Source of the DNA: an uncultured Chloroflexia bacterium
GTDB lineage: Bacteria; Chloroflexota; Limnocylindria; Limnocylindrales; CSP1-4
DNA length: 64,000 bases
NCBI GenBank assembly: GCA_963778025.1
Contig: CAVZTA010000011.1
Coordinates: 80,452 to 144,451 of the forward strand
Direction: 5' to 3'
Position 1 is the first letter of the stretch. Every line of letters begins with the position of its first letter. Made by a program: the position numbers and the translations under genes. The notes below the pieces were generated by a model. That model was not told the DNA's origin. It saw only the letters and a list, made by a program, of their open reading frames with translations, and did not search any database. Below are positions 43,230 through 53,611 of the stretch, piece after piece.

Positions 43230-44302
43230 GCCTCGACGTCATCTTCACGACGCCCCCCGCGCGGCCGACGAAGCCACCCGAGCCGCCGCCCCCGCCGGAG
43301 GTGCCGCAGGTCGAGCTCAGCATCGACGGCGTCACCGTCTCGGTGCCCCAGGGAACGACGATCCTGCAGGCCGCGCGCGCCCAGGGCATCGACACCCCGA
43401 CGCTCTGCTACCTCGAGAACCTCACGCCGGTCAACGTCTGCCGCGTGTGCGTCGTCGAGGTCACCGGCTCGCGCGTGCTCGTGCCCGCGTGCTCACGCAG
43501 GGTCGAGCCCGGGATGGAGGTCAAGACCGACTCGGAGCGGGTCCGGACATCGCGCAAGGTCGTGCTGGAGCTCCTGGGCTCGTCGGTCGACCTGTCGCTC
43601 GCCGGGCCGGCGCAGCCGAACGGCGACCTCGAGCGCTATCAGCAGCACTACGGCGCCGACGCCGCCCGGTTCGGGCAGCCGGGCGAGGTCCACGCGAGCG
43701 GCGAGCGCGATGCGCGCGTCGCCGGCCATCACCACGCGGCCGAGGGCGCGCCCGTCGCCGAGACCGTCGCCCAGCCCGTGAAGGTCGACAACGAGCTCTA
43801 CGTCCGGGACTACGCGCGCTGCATCCTCTGCTACAAGTGCGTCGAGGCATGCGGCGAAGACGCCCAGAACACCTTCGCCATCGCGGTCGCGGGCCGTGGC
43901 TTCGACGCCCGCATCTCGACCGAGTTCGATGTCGGCCTGCCCGAGAGCGCGTGCGTGTACTGCGGCAACTGCATCGGTGCCTGCCCCACGGGCGCGCTGA
44001 TGTTCAAGTCGGAGCACGACATGCGCGACGCGGGGACCTGGGATGAGACCCGCCAGGACCGCACGGACACCATCTGCCCGTACTGCGGCGTCGGCTGCGT
44101 GCTGGAGTTGCACACGCAGGACGACCGGATCGTGAAGGTGACCTCGCCGCTGGACTCGTCGGTCACGCACGGACACCTGTGCGTGAAGGGCCGGTTCGGC
44201 TTCGAGTTCGTCCAGCTCCGCCCGAAGGGCGACGCCACGTTCCGGGAGAGCCAGCATCGCGATCCCGGGGATGCACCTGCGATGCCGGGCGCGACTGGCT
44301 GA
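43226..44302 (+). CDS. NuoG-like Fe-S subunit: the N-terminal module of FDH alpha (2Fe-2S, 4Fe-4S x3, MopB 4Fe-4S domain) as a separate polypeptide
   Basis: GTG 43226 overlaps the upstream stop (GTGA). Motifs [46 protein letters not shown]...[14 protein letters not shown]. The ORF stops about 25 residues after the last motif. Confidence 0.85.
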
Positions 44303-44506
44303 GGCGCATCCGCCGCTGAGGCGGCATGATGTGCTCGGCACGGCGGCGCCGATGCCACGTCCGGATCATCCACGCGTCCTCGCCCAGCGCGACCGGCGGC
44401 CCGCCTTGCACCCGGGTCTTCCCGGAACCGCATCGCGGTGACCGACGGGTGACGACCGGCCCGCGGGAGCGGCCACCATACGGACCGACCCGCCCGAAGG
44501 AGGGGG

Positions 44507-45451
44507 ATGGCCAGCATCGCCCGCGACGGCACGCCCCATGACTTCGCGCCCACACGGCTCGGCCGGGTGGGCGCCTTCGTGGAGCATGCGATCGCGGCAG
44601 TCCCCCCGTCGCTGGGCATCGCGCTGGCGGCGGTGGCGTGGTCGCTGATCGTGGCGTTCTCGACGCCCGGCCATCCGTGGAGCACCTTCCAGGAGGCCCG
44701 CTGCTACTGGCTGCCGACCCTCGAGGACCCGTACTACTTCTCGACCTGGACGAGCCCGGTCGCGTACGTCTATTCGCCGGCGTTCCTCCAGCTCCTGGCA
44801 CCCATCACCTGGTTGCCGTGGCCGCTGTTCGTCGGCGGCTGGGCGGCGCTGCTGATCGGCGTCGTCCGCTGGATGACCGGGCCGCGCTGGCTGTGGCTGG
44901 GGATCATCGTCGCGGCGATGGAGCTCTCCGGCGGGAACATCTCGCTGCTGCTGGCGCTGGCGATCGTGGCCGGCTTCCGGTGGCCCGCCGCCTGGGCGTT
45001 CGTGCTGCTGACGAAGATCACGCCCGGGATCGGGCTGTTGTGGTTCGCGGCCCGGCGCGAGTGGCGGCAGCTGGGCCTGGCGCTCGCCGCGACGGCGATC
45101 GTCGTCGTCGTCTCGGCCGCGGTGCTGCCGGGTGCGTGGCGGGAGTGGCTCGACGTGCTCGCCCGGAACGCCGACGCGGGGCGCACGGGGACGTGGGCGG
45201 CAGTGCCGATCCCGCTCTGGGTGCGCATGCCGGCGGCCGCCGCGCTCATCGTGTGGGGCGCCCGCACGGATCGGCGCTGGACGGTGCTCGTGGCGTCGAT
45301 GATCGCGCTGCCGGCGCTGTGGTACGGCGGCTTCTCGATGCTCATCGGGCTGTTCGCGATCCGCCGGATCGAGGCGAGCGGGGCCTACGACGAGCCGGAT
45401 GACCCGCAGCCGATGCGCGGCTCGCCGCTCCAGGGCGTCGCCGCCGGCTGA
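44507..45451 (+). CDS. GT87/DUF2029-family membrane glycosyltransferase-like protein
   Basis: ATG 44507 behind GAAGGAGGGGG. Polytopic membrane protein with YVYSPAFLQLLAP and LLTKITPGIGLLW. Family call moderate. Confidence 0.6.
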   Translation: MASIARDGTPHDFAPTRLGRVGAFVEHAIAAVPPSLGIALAAVAWSLIVAFSTPGHPWSTFQEARCYWLPTLEDPYYFSTWTSPVAYVYSPAFLQLLAPITWLPWPLFVGGWAALLIGVVRWMTGPRWLWLGIIVAAMELSGGNISLLLALAIVAGFRWPAAWAFVLLTKITPGIGLLWFAARREWRQLGLALAATAIVVVVSAAVLPGAWREWLDVLARNADAGRTGTWAAVPIPLWVRMPAAAALIVWGARTDRRWTVLVASMIALPALWYGGFSMLIGLFAIRRIEASGAYDEPDDPQPMRGSPLQGVAAG

Positions 45452-45529
45452 CCGCCGTCGCGCTCGCCCGCCAGCGCCGCCGCCACTGCCTAGCCACCCC
45501 AGGTGGTGGACCTGACGGCGGAGGGGCCC

Positions 45530-46369
45530 TCAGAGGGCGAGGCGCTCCGCGTGGGCATACACGTTGAAGCCGTCGCCGCGCAGGAAGCCGACGAGGGTCT
45601 GACCCAGGCGCTCGGCCGCCTCGACGGCGAGATCGCTCGGCGCGGAGACCGCGCACAGGATGGGCACGCCGGCCACCGCAGCCTTCTGGACCAGCTCGAA
45701 GGACACGCGGCCCGAGACGAGCACGATCCGGTCGTGGAGGGGCAGCCGCCCCGCCAGCACCTGGCTGCCGATGAGCTTGTCGAGCGCGTTGTGGCGGCCG
45801 ACATCCTCGCGCAGCTCGAGGAGCTCGCCGTCGGCGGAGAACAGCCCGGACGCGTGCAGCCCCCCGGTCGTCTCGAACATCGCCTGGGCCGCGCGCAGAC
45901 GGTCCGGCAGCGACAGGATCACCTCGCGCGACACCACCGGCCCGGGAGGCAGCGCATCACAGCGGACCGCGATCTCGTCGAGCGATGCCTTGCCGCAGAT
46001 CCCGCACGACGCCGTCGCGACGAAGTGCCGCTCCGCGACGAGCGACGCGTCGAACGGGCGCGCCAGGCGCACCAGCACCTCGTCATCGGGCTGGGAGGAG
46101 CCCGACGGGTCCCCGAACGCGACATCCACCACCTCGGAGCCGTCGATCAGCCCTTCCGTGCGCAGGAACCCGACCGCCAGCTCCGCCTCGTGGCCGGGCG
46201 TGCGCATCGTGACCGCGACCTCGATGGGCTCCTGCCCCGGACCGGCCGCGCGGATCGCCATGGGCTCCTCGCCCACCAGCCGGTCCGCGCGTCGCTCGAC
46301 GGTCGACCCCCGAACCGCCACGATCTCGACACCCGAGGTGCGTCGCTCGGGACCGTCGTCGACACGCAT
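45530..46369 (-). CDS. fdhD: formate dehydrogenase accessory sulfurtransferase FdhD
   Basis: ATG 46369 (MRVDDGPE...). Motifs TPGHEAELAVGFL, ASCGICGK, GGLHA, GRHNALDK. Confidence 0.85.
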   Translation of the reverse strand: MRVDDGPERRTSGVEIVAVRGSTVERRADRLVGEEPMAIRAAGPGQEPIEVAVTMRTPGHEAELAVGFLRTEGLIDGSEVVDVAFGDPSGSSQPDDEVLVRLARPFDASLVAERHFVATASCGICGKASLDEIAVRCDALPPGPVVSREVILSLPDRLRAAQAMFETTGGLHASGLFSADGELLELREDVGRHNALDKLIGSQVLAGRLPLHDRIVLVSGRVSFELVQKAAVAGVPILCAVSAPSDLAVEAAERLGQTLVGFLRGDGFNVYAHAERLAL

Positions 46370-46404
46370 GGCGCCGCAGTCTATCCCGGCATCATGAGCG
46401 GACC

Positions 46405-46896
46405 ATGGACCGAACGACCCTGACCGACGCCGAGCTGGCGTTCCTCCGCCCATCCCGCACCGCCGTGCTCGCGACGCAGGACCCCGGCGGTCGGCCGCGA
46501 CTCGTGCCCATCTGCTTCGTCGTCGCGCCCGAGCTCGACGCGCGCGGCCGGCTCGTGCTCCACACGCCGATCGACGAGAAACCCAAGCAGTCCGACGACC
46601 CGCGTCAGCTCCAGCGCGTCCAGGACCTGCTGATCCTCCCCGAGGTCACGCTGCTCGTCGACCGCTGGGCGGAGGACTGGTCGAAGCTCGCCTGGCTGCG
46701 CCTCTACGGCCGCGGGGAGATCCTGGAGCCGGAGCCGCGCGAGGTCGAGGAGCACGCCGCGGCGATCGCCGCCCTCCGCGAGAAGTACGAGCAGTACCGG
46801 ACGCATCGCCTCGAGGAGCGGCCGATCATCCGGCTGACGATCGAGCGTGTGCGCTCGTGGGGCGCGATCGAGGACCCGGCGCCGGCGACGTCCTAG
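46405..46896 (+). CDS. PPOX-class (pyridoxamine 5'-phosphate oxidase-like), probably F420-dependent oxidoreductase
   Basis: AFLRPSRTAVLATQDPGGRPRLVPICF...TLLVDRWAEDWSKLAWLRLYG. The cofactor assignment is an inference from family resemblance. Confidence 0.6.
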   Translation: MDRTTLTDAELAFLRPSRTAVLATQDPGGRPRLVPICFVVAPELDARGRLVLHTPIDEKPKQSDDPRQLQRVQDLLILPEVTLLVDRWAEDWSKLAWLRLYGRGEILEPEPREVEEHAAAIAALREKYEQYRTHRLEERPIIRLTIERVRSWGAIEDPAPATS

Positions 46897-48173
46897 GCAC
46901 CGGCTCGCACGGTCGTCCCGCCGTCGACGTCGACGAACGCCACGCCGGCCAGCGGGCGGAGGCAATGGGTCGACGACTGGCCCTGGTGGTAGCCACCGGC
47001 ATTGAGGATCGCGACGAGCTCACCTTCCTCGATCGAGGGGAACGGGTAGTCCTCGGCGAACACGTCGCCCGCCTCGTTGATGTGACCCGCGATCGTCACG
47101 CGCTCCGTCCGCGGGCGGAACGGTGACCGCAGGGGCACGATCTCCTGCGCGAAGCGGTAGCTGAAGTACGACGGGTTCACGTTGTAGCCCAGGTCCAGCC
47201 CGACGAACGTCGTCCCGGCCCGTCGCTCGACGGTGACGACCTCGCCCAGCAGCACCGCGGCGTCCTTCATCACGTAGTCGCCCGGCTCGCACGCGATGGT
47301 CACGCCATACGGCGTAAGGTGACGAGCGAGGACGGCGGCATACGCCGTAAGGTCGATCGGCCGCTCGTCCTGGCGGGCCACCCGTCCCAGCCCGCCACCG
47401 ACGTTCACCTCGCGGATCGGACAGCCGGCCGCGAGGAGTCGGTCGAGCAACGGCAGGGCGGCGACGAGGGCGCCCTCGAACCGCGCCAGCCCATCGCCCA
47501 GCCAGCCGGACCCGGCGTGGAAGTGGAGCGTGTCCACGACGAGCCGGTGGCGACGCGCGGCCGCGATCGCGTCGTCCAGCCGGTCCGCCGTCACGCCGAA
47601 CTTCGTCGGCCGGTCACCGCTGTACTCGAGGCCCTCGTGATAGCCCGCGCCGGCGCCCGGGTCCACGCGGATGCCGACCGTCCTCCCGGGCGCGCGCCGC
47701 CCCACGCGCTCGAGCTGACTCACGGCGTCGAGATTCAGGTGGACGTCGTGCGCGAGGATGACATCGAGGTCGCGCTCGGAGAGGTTGGTCGCCGTGACGC
47801 TGATCTCGTCCGCGCGCCACCCATTCGCCAGGGCGTGGAGCACCTCGCCGGGTGAGCAGGCGTCGATCCCGACCGAGCCGACGGCGCGGAGCGTCGCGAG
47901 GACCTCCGGCTCGCGGTTCGCCTTGAGGGCGAAGCGGAGCGTCGTCGGCGCGCCCGTCCCGGCAAGCGCCGCCAGCAGCGCTCGGGCGGTCTCGGGTGGT
48001 CGCGCGAGGTCGTAGACGAACAGCGGCGTGGCGTATGCGCGCCCCAGGGACTCGAGATCGACGCCGCCGAGCTGCAGGCGGTCGTCCACGACGTCGAGCC
48101 GCGGCCTGCGCCACCAGTCGGGCGCGGTGGTGTCCGCCGTTCGCGCGGGCGGCGGATCGACGAGGTCCGTCAT
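46893..48173 (-). CDS. PLP-dependent Orn/DAP/Arg decarboxylase family protein (LysA-like)
   Basis: Motifs FALKANREPEV (PLP Lys), HFHAGSG, NVGGGLG, CEPGDYV, ILNAGGY. Substrate not assignable from sequence. Confidence 0.75.
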   Translation of the reverse strand: MTDLVDPPPARTADTTAPDWWRRPRLDVVDDRLQLGGVDLESLGRAYATPLFVYDLARPPETARALLAALAGTGAPTTLRFALKANREPEVLATLRAVGSVGIDACSPGEVLHALANGWRADEISVTATNLSERDLDVILAHDVHLNLDAVSQLERVGRRAPGRTVGIRVDPGAGAGYHEGLEYSGDRPTKFGVTADRLDDAIAAARRHRLVVDTLHFHAGSGWLGDGLARFEGALVAALPLLDRLLAAGCPIREVNVGGGLGRVARQDERPIDLTAYAAVLARHLTPYGVTIACEPGDYVMKDAAVLLGEVVTVERRAGTTFVGLDLGYNVNPSYFSYRFAQEIVPLRSPFRPRTERVTIAGHINEAGDVFAEDYPFPSIEEGELVAILNAGGYHQGQSSTHCLRPLAGVAFVDVDGGTTVRAGA

Positions 48174-48218
48174 CTGGCGGCGCTCGCGCGCTCGTGAGCT
48201 CGGGCGCTCGTCGGAGCG

Positions 48219-48515
48219 TCAGCCGGCGACGACGGGGCGGTCGCGGCGGGGCGGTCGGCTGGCGAGGATCATCCGGCGGTAGGCCGGGTCGGCCCACGGG
48301 TCGGGCCCGTCCTCGACCGGCGTGCCGATCGCCTGGAGCAGTCGCTCGGTCGCTTCGGCGACCTCGGCGACCGCGGCCTCGAACGCCGCCTGGTTGCGGG
48401 CGGCGGGCGCGCGATAGCCCGAGATCTTGCGGACGTACTGGAGGGCGGCGGCCTCGGCCTCGCCGGTGGTGGCGGCGCCCTCGGGACGCCGGAGGTTGCG
48501 GATGCTGCGGCACAT
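48219..48515 (-). CDS. DUF2277-family protein
   Basis: ATG 48515. The MCRSIRNLR... N-terminus and YVRKISGY are characteristic of this family. The upstream part of the track ORF is rejected. Confidence 0.6.
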   Translation of the reverse strand: MCRSIRNLRRPEGAATTGEAEAAALQYVRKISGYRAPAARNQAAFEAAVAEVAEATERLLQAIGTPVEDGPDPWADPAYRRMILASRPPRRDRPVVAG

Positions 48516-48533
48516 GCCGGTACCGTACCCGGG

Positions 48534-49448
48534 ATGCCTCGCCCGCACCATCCGCGCCGCTTCGCGCTCGAGGCGGTCCTTGCGCTGCTCGCGGGGGTCG
48601 GGCTGGCGCTTGTCATCGACGTCGCCCGGACCGGATCGCTCGAGCTCTGGCTGACCCGCCGAGGTTGGGCGCCGCCGTACGTCGCGCAAGGGCACCTCGT
48701 CGACATCGGCGGGCGCTCGCTCTACCTCGACTGCCGCGGCTCAGGCAGTCCGACCGTGATCCTCGAGAACGGGCTCGGCGCCGACGCCGGCGGCTGGGGC
48801 TTCGTCCTGCCCAAGGTCGCCGAGCGGACCCGTGTGTGCGCGTACGACCGAGCCGGCCTCGGACGAAGCGATCCGGAGACGGCCATGCACTCGGTCGGCG
48901 AGGCGGTCGCGGACCTCCGGCGGGCGCTGGACGCCGCCGGCGAGCGCGGGCCGTTCGTCCTCGTCGGCCATTCGCTCGGGGGTGTCCACGTGCGGGTGTT
49001 CGCGGACCAGGCCCGCGAGGCGGTTCGCGGCGTGGTCCTTGTCGACGCGTTCTTCCCCGACGCCTCGTGGCTCGAGGACGTCACCGTCGACCCCGGCGTC
49101 CTGCTGGATCACCGCGCCGCGATGGACTCGACGGGTGCGCTCATCGCCTCGACCGAGCACCTCGACTGGCCGGCGAGTCTCGCCGAGCTGGCGGATTCAC
49201 CGCTCCAGGGGATCCCGACGGAGGTCCTCGCGGTCGACCAGCACCTCCGGTACGACGATCCGCGCCTGCCGCCGAAGACCGAGGAGGCGGTCATCGACGC
49301 ATGGCGTGCGTGGTGCCTCGCGCTCTCGCCCGGCGCGACGCGCGTGACGATCGCGGACGGCAGCGGCCATTCGATCCAGCTCGACCGTCCGGACCTCGTG
49401 CTGGCGGCCATCGACCGCCTCATCGACGGGGCGCGTGAAGGCGGCTGA
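48534..49448 (+). CDS. alpha/beta hydrolase
   Basis: N-terminal TM/signal helix. Oxyanion TVILENGLG, nucleophile elbow GHSLGG, C-terminal GSGHSIQLD. Confidence 0.75.
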   Translation: MPRPHHPRRFALEAVLALLAGVGLALVIDVARTGSLELWLTRRGWAPPYVAQGHLVDIGGRSLYLDCRGSGSPTVILENGLGADAGGWGFVLPKVAERTRVCAYDRAGLGRSDPETAMHSVGEAVADLRRALDAAGERGPFVLVGHSLGGVHVRVFADQAREAVRGVVLVDAFFPDASWLEDVTVDPGVLLDHRAAMDSTGALIASTEHLDWPASLAELADSPLQGIPTEVLAVDQHLRYDDPRLPPKTEEAVIDAWRAWCLALSPGATRVTIADGSGHSIQLDRPDLVLAAIDRLIDGAREGG

Positions 49449-49464
49449 CGCCTACGCTGCGAGC

Positions 49465-49894
49465 GTGACCGCCGACGACGTCATCGCTGCCCTTGGCCTG
49501 GAGCCGCATCGGGAAGGCGGCTGGTTCGCCGAGACATGGCGCGAGCCGGCGGCCGACGGCGAGCGCCCGGCCTCCAGCGCGATCCACTACCTCCTTCGCG
49601 CCGGCGAACGCTCGCACTGGCACCGGGTCGACGCGACCGAGATCTGGCATCACTACGCCGGCGGCCCGCTCGTGCTTCGGGTGTCGGTCGACGGTCGCGA
49701 CGGTCGCCACGCACGTCCTGGGCATGGCCGTCGACGCCGGCGAGCGGCCGCAGGTCGTCGTGCCGGCCGGCGCGTGGCAGGCGGCGCACCCGCTGGGCGA
49801 CTGGACGCTGGTCGGGTGCACGGTCGCGCCGGCGTTCACGTTCGACGGGTTCGAGCTGGCGCCGCCTGACTGGGAGCCCGGCCGTTCGGGCTAG
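49465..49894 (+). pseudogene. cupin (DUF985) protein, one +1 frame switch (~49695)
   Basis: GLEPHREGGWFAETW...SHWHRVDATEIWHHYAGGPLVLRVSVDGR is in frame 1. VATHVLGMAVDAGERPQVVVPAGAWQAA...GCTVAPAFTFDGFEL is in frame 2 (ORF 49493..49894). Start GTG 49465 or 49435. Confidence 0.7.
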
Positions 49895-49916
49895 CTCGGG
49901 CTCAGGCGAGCGCGGA

Positions 49917-50516
49917 TCAACCGCCCGCGAACTGCCATTCGATCGGCCCGGTGTAGCAGTGGTCGAGCTTCAGACACAGCCCCCCGCTCAGGTCCCACGT
50001 GCGGCCCGCGACATACGGCCCGCGATCGATGACCTGGGTCGTCACCACGCGACCGTTCGCGGGATTGCGGAACGAGACGCGGGTGCCACACGGAAGGGTG
50101 CGGTGAGCGACGCCGACGAGCTGCTTCGTGTAGACGTGGCCGCACGCCGTCTTGCCGCCGTACAGGCCCGGACCGTAGAAGCTGGTCTCGGGATCCCAGC
50201 GCCAGACGCGCTTCGTCACCGACCGGGCCGGTGCCGCGGGCTGGTCGACGCTCGGGCGCGTGACGGGATAGGCGATCGAGCCCGGTTCCGCGAGGACCGA
50301 ATCGGGTTCGAGACCGCTGTCCGAATGCCATGCTGCGTCGAGACCGGACGCACCGCCAAGGTCCCGATCCAGGACCTGCGGCGCCAGCGGCGCGAAGGCC
50401 AGATCGTCGAACGTGCCGGTCGATGAGGGTGTTCGCGAGCCGACCGGGCCGGGCAGCGCGACCAGGGTCGCTGCGGCGATGAGCGCCGCGAACGCGACCG
50501 TGATCCTGGTTCGCAC
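49917..50516 (-). CDS. RlpA-like double-psi beta-barrel (DPBB) secreted protein
   Basis: Signal peptide MRTRITVAFAALIAAATLVA. C-terminal DPBB: SFYGPGLYGGKTACG...AHRTLPCGTRV...VIDRGPY. Confidence 0.7.
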   Translation of the reverse strand: MRTRITVAFAALIAAATLVALPGPVGSRTPSSTGTFDDLAFAPLAPQVLDRDLGGASGLDAAWHSDSGLEPDSVLAEPGSIAYPVTRPSVDQPAAPARSVTKRVWRWDPETSFYGPGLYGGKTACGHVYTKQLVGVAHRTLPCGTRVSFRNPANGRVVTTQVIDRGPYVAGRTWDLSGGLCLKLDHCYTGPIEWQFAGG

Positions 50517-50601
50517 GAGTCGCCTCGGACGCTAGCCTTCGGCACATGGCAGCAGGCTCGTGGTCGGTCCGGTGCGGTGGTGTCAGGTGCGTGACAGTCT
50601 G

Positions 50602-51531
50602 ATGCTCGCCGAACGGGAGGCCGTGCTGGACGAGATCCGCCTGCCGGCCGCCATCGACGTCGCGACCGCGCTCCGCCCGCTCCTGCGCGGGAGCGGCGAC
50701 CCGACGATGCGCTTCGAGCCCGGAGCGGTGATCCGGCGCGCGACGCGGACGCCGGATGGACTCGCGACCGTCGCGCTGGAGCTGCGGCGGGATGTCGTCC
50801 GGGTCACGGCCTGGGGACCAGGCGCTGCGCGGGCCATCGAGGGGGTGCCGGCGCTCATCGGCCTGCTCGACGATCCGAGCGCGTTCGTGCCCCACCACCC
50901 GCTCGTCGCCGAGCTTGCGCGACGGATGCCCGGGGTGCGGCTGGGACGGACCGGCGCCGTCTGGGAGGTGCTCCTGCCGGCGATCCTCGAACAGAAGGTC
51001 ACGGGTACCGAGGCGTGGCGCGGGTATCGCGGCCTGGTCCGCACGCACGGCGAGGCGGCGCCCGGTCCGGGCGGGCTGCGGGTCGCCCCGTCGGCGGCGG
51101 TGGTCGCGGGGCTGCCGTACCACGTGTTCCACCCGTTCGGCGTGGAGCGGCGACGCGCCGACACCGTCCGGCGCGCGGCCGCGATGGATCCGCGGCTGGA
51201 AGCCGCGGTCGACGCCGCGACGTCAGGCGACCCGGCACCCGCCTATCGGCTGCTCCGTGCCATCCCGGGCGTCGGGGCGTGGACGGCGGCGGAGGTCGGG
51301 CTGCGAGCGTTCGGCGATCCCGACGCAGTGAGCGTGGGCGACTTCCACCTCAAGCACGTCGTGAGCTGGGCGCTGGCCGGCGAGGCGCGCGGCACCGACG
51401 AGCGGATGCTCGAGCTTCTGGAGCCCTATCGCGGCCAGCGCGGGCGCGCCGTCCGCCTCCTCGAGCTGAGCGGCATCACGCCGCCCCGCTACGGTCCGCG
51501 GCTCGCGCCGAAACGGATCGAGGGCCTGTAG
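50602..51531 (+). CDS. DNA-3-methyladenine glycosylase II (AlkA/HhH-GPD family)
   Basis: ORF 50560..51531. HhH-GPD region LRAIPGVGAWTAAEVGLRAFGDPDAVSVGDFHL. Start ATG 50602 or GTG 50560. Confidence 0.7.
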   Translation: MLAEREAVLDEIRLPAAIDVATALRPLLRGSGDPTMRFEPGAVIRRATRTPDGLATVALELRRDVVRVTAWGPGAARAIEGVPALIGLLDDPSAFVPHHPLVAELARRMPGVRLGRTGAVWEVLLPAILEQKVTGTEAWRGYRGLVRTHGEAAPGPGGLRVAPSAAVVAGLPYHVFHPFGVERRRADTVRRAAAMDPRLEAAVDAATSGDPAPAYRLLRAIPGVGAWTAAEVGLRAFGDPDAVSVGDFHLKHVVSWALAGEARGTDERMLELLEPYRGQRGRAVRLLELSGITPPRYGPRLAPKRIEGL

Positions 51532-51547
51532 CCCGGGCCTTGCGCCG

Positions 51548-52177
51548 TCAGGCGGGTCGGTAGAAGTCGACCACGAGCCGGATGTGGCTGCCGTAGCGGT
51601 AGATGCCGACGCCCACGAACTGGAACTGGCTGTTCTTGATGTTCCGCCAGTGGCCGCCGTTGCTCGGCTTCTCGGCCTGGAACGCGCGGTGGGACGCGAG
51701 GATCGACGTGTACACGTTCGATCCGTCCCGGCAGCCGATGTTCTCGCCCCACCACGACGGGTGGTAGCCCGCTCGCCGCATGCGGTCGCCCGGATCGCCG
51801 GCGAGGAAGTGGTCGCACTGCCCCTTCGTCGCGAGGAGCTTCGCGTAGGGGCGCGCGACGTTCGTCGTCAGGCCCCAGTTGAACGTGATGGGGCGCACGT
51901 ACGACGAGTAGCGGCCCGAGCCATAGCCCGCGCAGCTCCCGTCGGCATTGACGTAGCCACCGGTGCGACTGCAGTTCAGCAGCCGCAGGTAGAAGGCCTC
52001 CGGCGAGACCTGGTCCGCGCCGAAGGTCGTGGCGCTGCCCGAGGTCGCGACCGTCGGATCGGCGGCGAACGTGCTCGGCGCGACGGCCAGCAGGGCGACG
52101 GCCCCAAGGGCGAGGGCGATGGCGCGATGGCGACGGCGGCGGGGAGCCCGCTGGGCGATCGGGTCGGTCGACGGCAA
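51548..52177 (-). CDS. secreted CAP/SCP (PR-1-like) domain protein
   Basis: TTG 52177 with GGAGG 8 nt upstream. Signal AIALALGAVALLAVAPSTFA. CAP motifs YHPSWWGENIG, GHWRNIKN, VGVGIY. The rest of track ORF 51548..53344 is rejected. Confidence 0.7.
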   Translation of the reverse strand: MPSTDPIAQRAPRRRRHRAIALALGAVALLAVAPSTFAADPTVATSGSATTFGADQVSPEAFYLRLLNCSRTGGYVNADGSCAGYGSGRYSSYVRPITFNWGLTTNVARPYAKLLATKGQCDHFLAGDPGDRMRRAGYHPSWWGENIGCRDGSNVYTSILASHRAFQAEKPSNGGHWRNIKNSQFQFVGVGIYRYGSHIRLVVDFYRPA

Positions 52178-52585
52178 CGAACGTGCCTCCTGTCTGCCTG
52201 GACGCCGCGTCGGGACGCGACGAACGAGGTCGGGATCCGGGTCGCGGATCGCGGGCTTGGCCGCTCGAGACACGGGACGGGGAGGCGGCGACGGTCGCGA
52301 CGAACGCGACGAGCATCGACGGCAGCGAGGATGGGAGACGGGCCGATGGGGCCGACGGCGTGTCAGTGGGCGCTGATGCGCAGCGTGCCGGGGAGCGGCG
52401 GTCTTCGGTTGGGCCTTGCTGCGGATGACGGGCGACGCGCCGAGGATGACACGCGCGGCGACGCGCTCGCATCCCGCTAATGGACCACCGGCGAGGTGAC
52501 CGGATAGGCCGGTGCAGGCACGCACCCCCACTCGCCGAAGGGCGCCTCGGAACCGTTGGCTCCACGATGGCCGTATCCTCGGGAG

Positions 52586-53372
52586 ATGGGTCGTCTCCGC
52601 GTCGCGCTGCTCCTCGCCGGCGCCCTCGCGCTGCTGCCGGTGCCCGCGGCCGCGGCGGCCACGCCCGGGTCCGGCACCTCCGGCACGGAGTCGACGGACG
52701 TCGTCCGCCCGTTCTCGCTGGTGCTCGGCCAGCGCGCCGACTTCGTGCCGCAGGCGAACTTCGTCCAGTGCGTCGGGGCGAGCATGCAGATGATGATCAA
52801 CATGATCGAGCCGGGACGCGACCGGTCGTCGGGTACCCAGCGGCGGCTCCAGAACCTCGCCCGCTCGTGGAGCGGCCCTCGGCCCGCCGGCTTCCAGCGC
52901 AAGGGCGCGAGCGTGGACGGCTGGGCGACGGGGCTCACGCTCATGGGCGTCGGGCCGTACAAGCTGGTCGGGACCACCTCGCTCCAGGGGGCGCTTCGCA
53001 CGGCCGCCAAGGCGATCCGTGAGACCGGCAAGCCGGTCGGGCTGTTGGTGTGGCGCGGACGGCACGCGTGGGTCATGAGCGGCTTCACCGCGACCGCCGA
53101 CCCGCTCACCGCTTCGTCGTTCACGGTCACCGGCGTGAACGTGCACGACCCGCTGTACCCGTACGGCTCGTCGGTGTGGGGACGCGAGCCCGAGCCCGGG
53201 GGAGCGGCTCACGCCGTCCGAGGTGGGCCGGCAGTTCAAGCCACGCCGGTCCAACGGCTCGGCGGCGATCTTCGCGCGGCTGGACCCGTGGTCGACCCTG
53301 CGCGGCAAGTACGTGCTGGTCCTGCCGTACGAGCCGCGACCCATCGGCGACTGGGCGGCCCGCTACCGCTGA
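52586..53372 (+). pseudogene. secreted hypothetical protein, one +1 frame switch (~53182)
   Basis: Signal MGRLRVALLLAGALALLPVPAAAAA. The body is in ORF 52556..53524 up to ...YPYGSSVWG. A protein-like continuation ASPSPGERLTPSEVGRQFKPRRSNGSAAIFARLDPWSTLRGKYVLVLPYEP...* is in frame 0, ending at TGA 53370-53372. Start ATG 52586 or TTG 52556. Confidence 0.55.
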
Positions 53373-53434
53373 TCCGCCGTCCATCCCCGCGGCCCGTCGC
53401 TCCAGCCGTGCCGCTCCGAGCCACGCCGCCCTTC

Positions 53435-53603
53435 GTGCATCGGGTGCGGCTTGCGACGAAGGAGGCGCCCGAGCTGATGCCTCGAGGCCTCCATGGCGGG
53501 CCCACCGCCACCTTCGGACGCTGAACGATGCACGGGATGCCACATCCGTCGTCGGCGAGGCGATCGCGCAGGTCCGCTTCGTCGCAGCGCGCATCGGGTG
53601 CAC
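53435..53603 (+). repeat. ~170-bp TIR-bounded intergenic element, copy 3
   Basis: Starts GTGCATCGGGTGCGGCTTGCGACGAAGGAGGCGCC and ends TTCGTCGCAGCGCGCATCGGGTGCAC. The termini can pair over about 27 nt. Confidence 0.8.
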
Positions 53604-53611
53604 ACCGGCCG

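Noticed and set aside
49685-49703. 9-bp tandem duplication GACGGTCGC GACGGTCGC as the cause of the cupin frame switch
   Set aside because: Nine bp does not change the frame. A single extra base next to it explains the switch. The duplication may be incidental.
52178-52585. c-di-AMP (ydaO-type) riboswitch in the 408-bp divergent spacer next to cell-wall-type secreted proteins
   Set aside because: Only vague ACGGGGA-like strings are present. I cannot reconstruct the pseudo-symmetric fold by eye, so the call is unsupported without a covariance-model search.
52178-53344. N-terminal ~390 codons of track ORF 51548..53344 (minus)
   Set aside because: Only the last 209 codons, from TTG 52177 with an SD, encode a signal peptide plus CAP domain. 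The upstream part overlaps a plus-strand secreted-protein gene and is not protein-like.
53454-53524. Small ORFs inside the 170-bp elements (e.g. MPRGLHGGPTATFGR after GAAGGAGG in copy 3)
   Set aside because: The peptide is not conserved between copies. Copy 2 has no start codon after the SD-like GAAGG, and copy 1 would give an unrelated 11-mer. The GAAGGAGG string is part of the inverted-repeat terminus.
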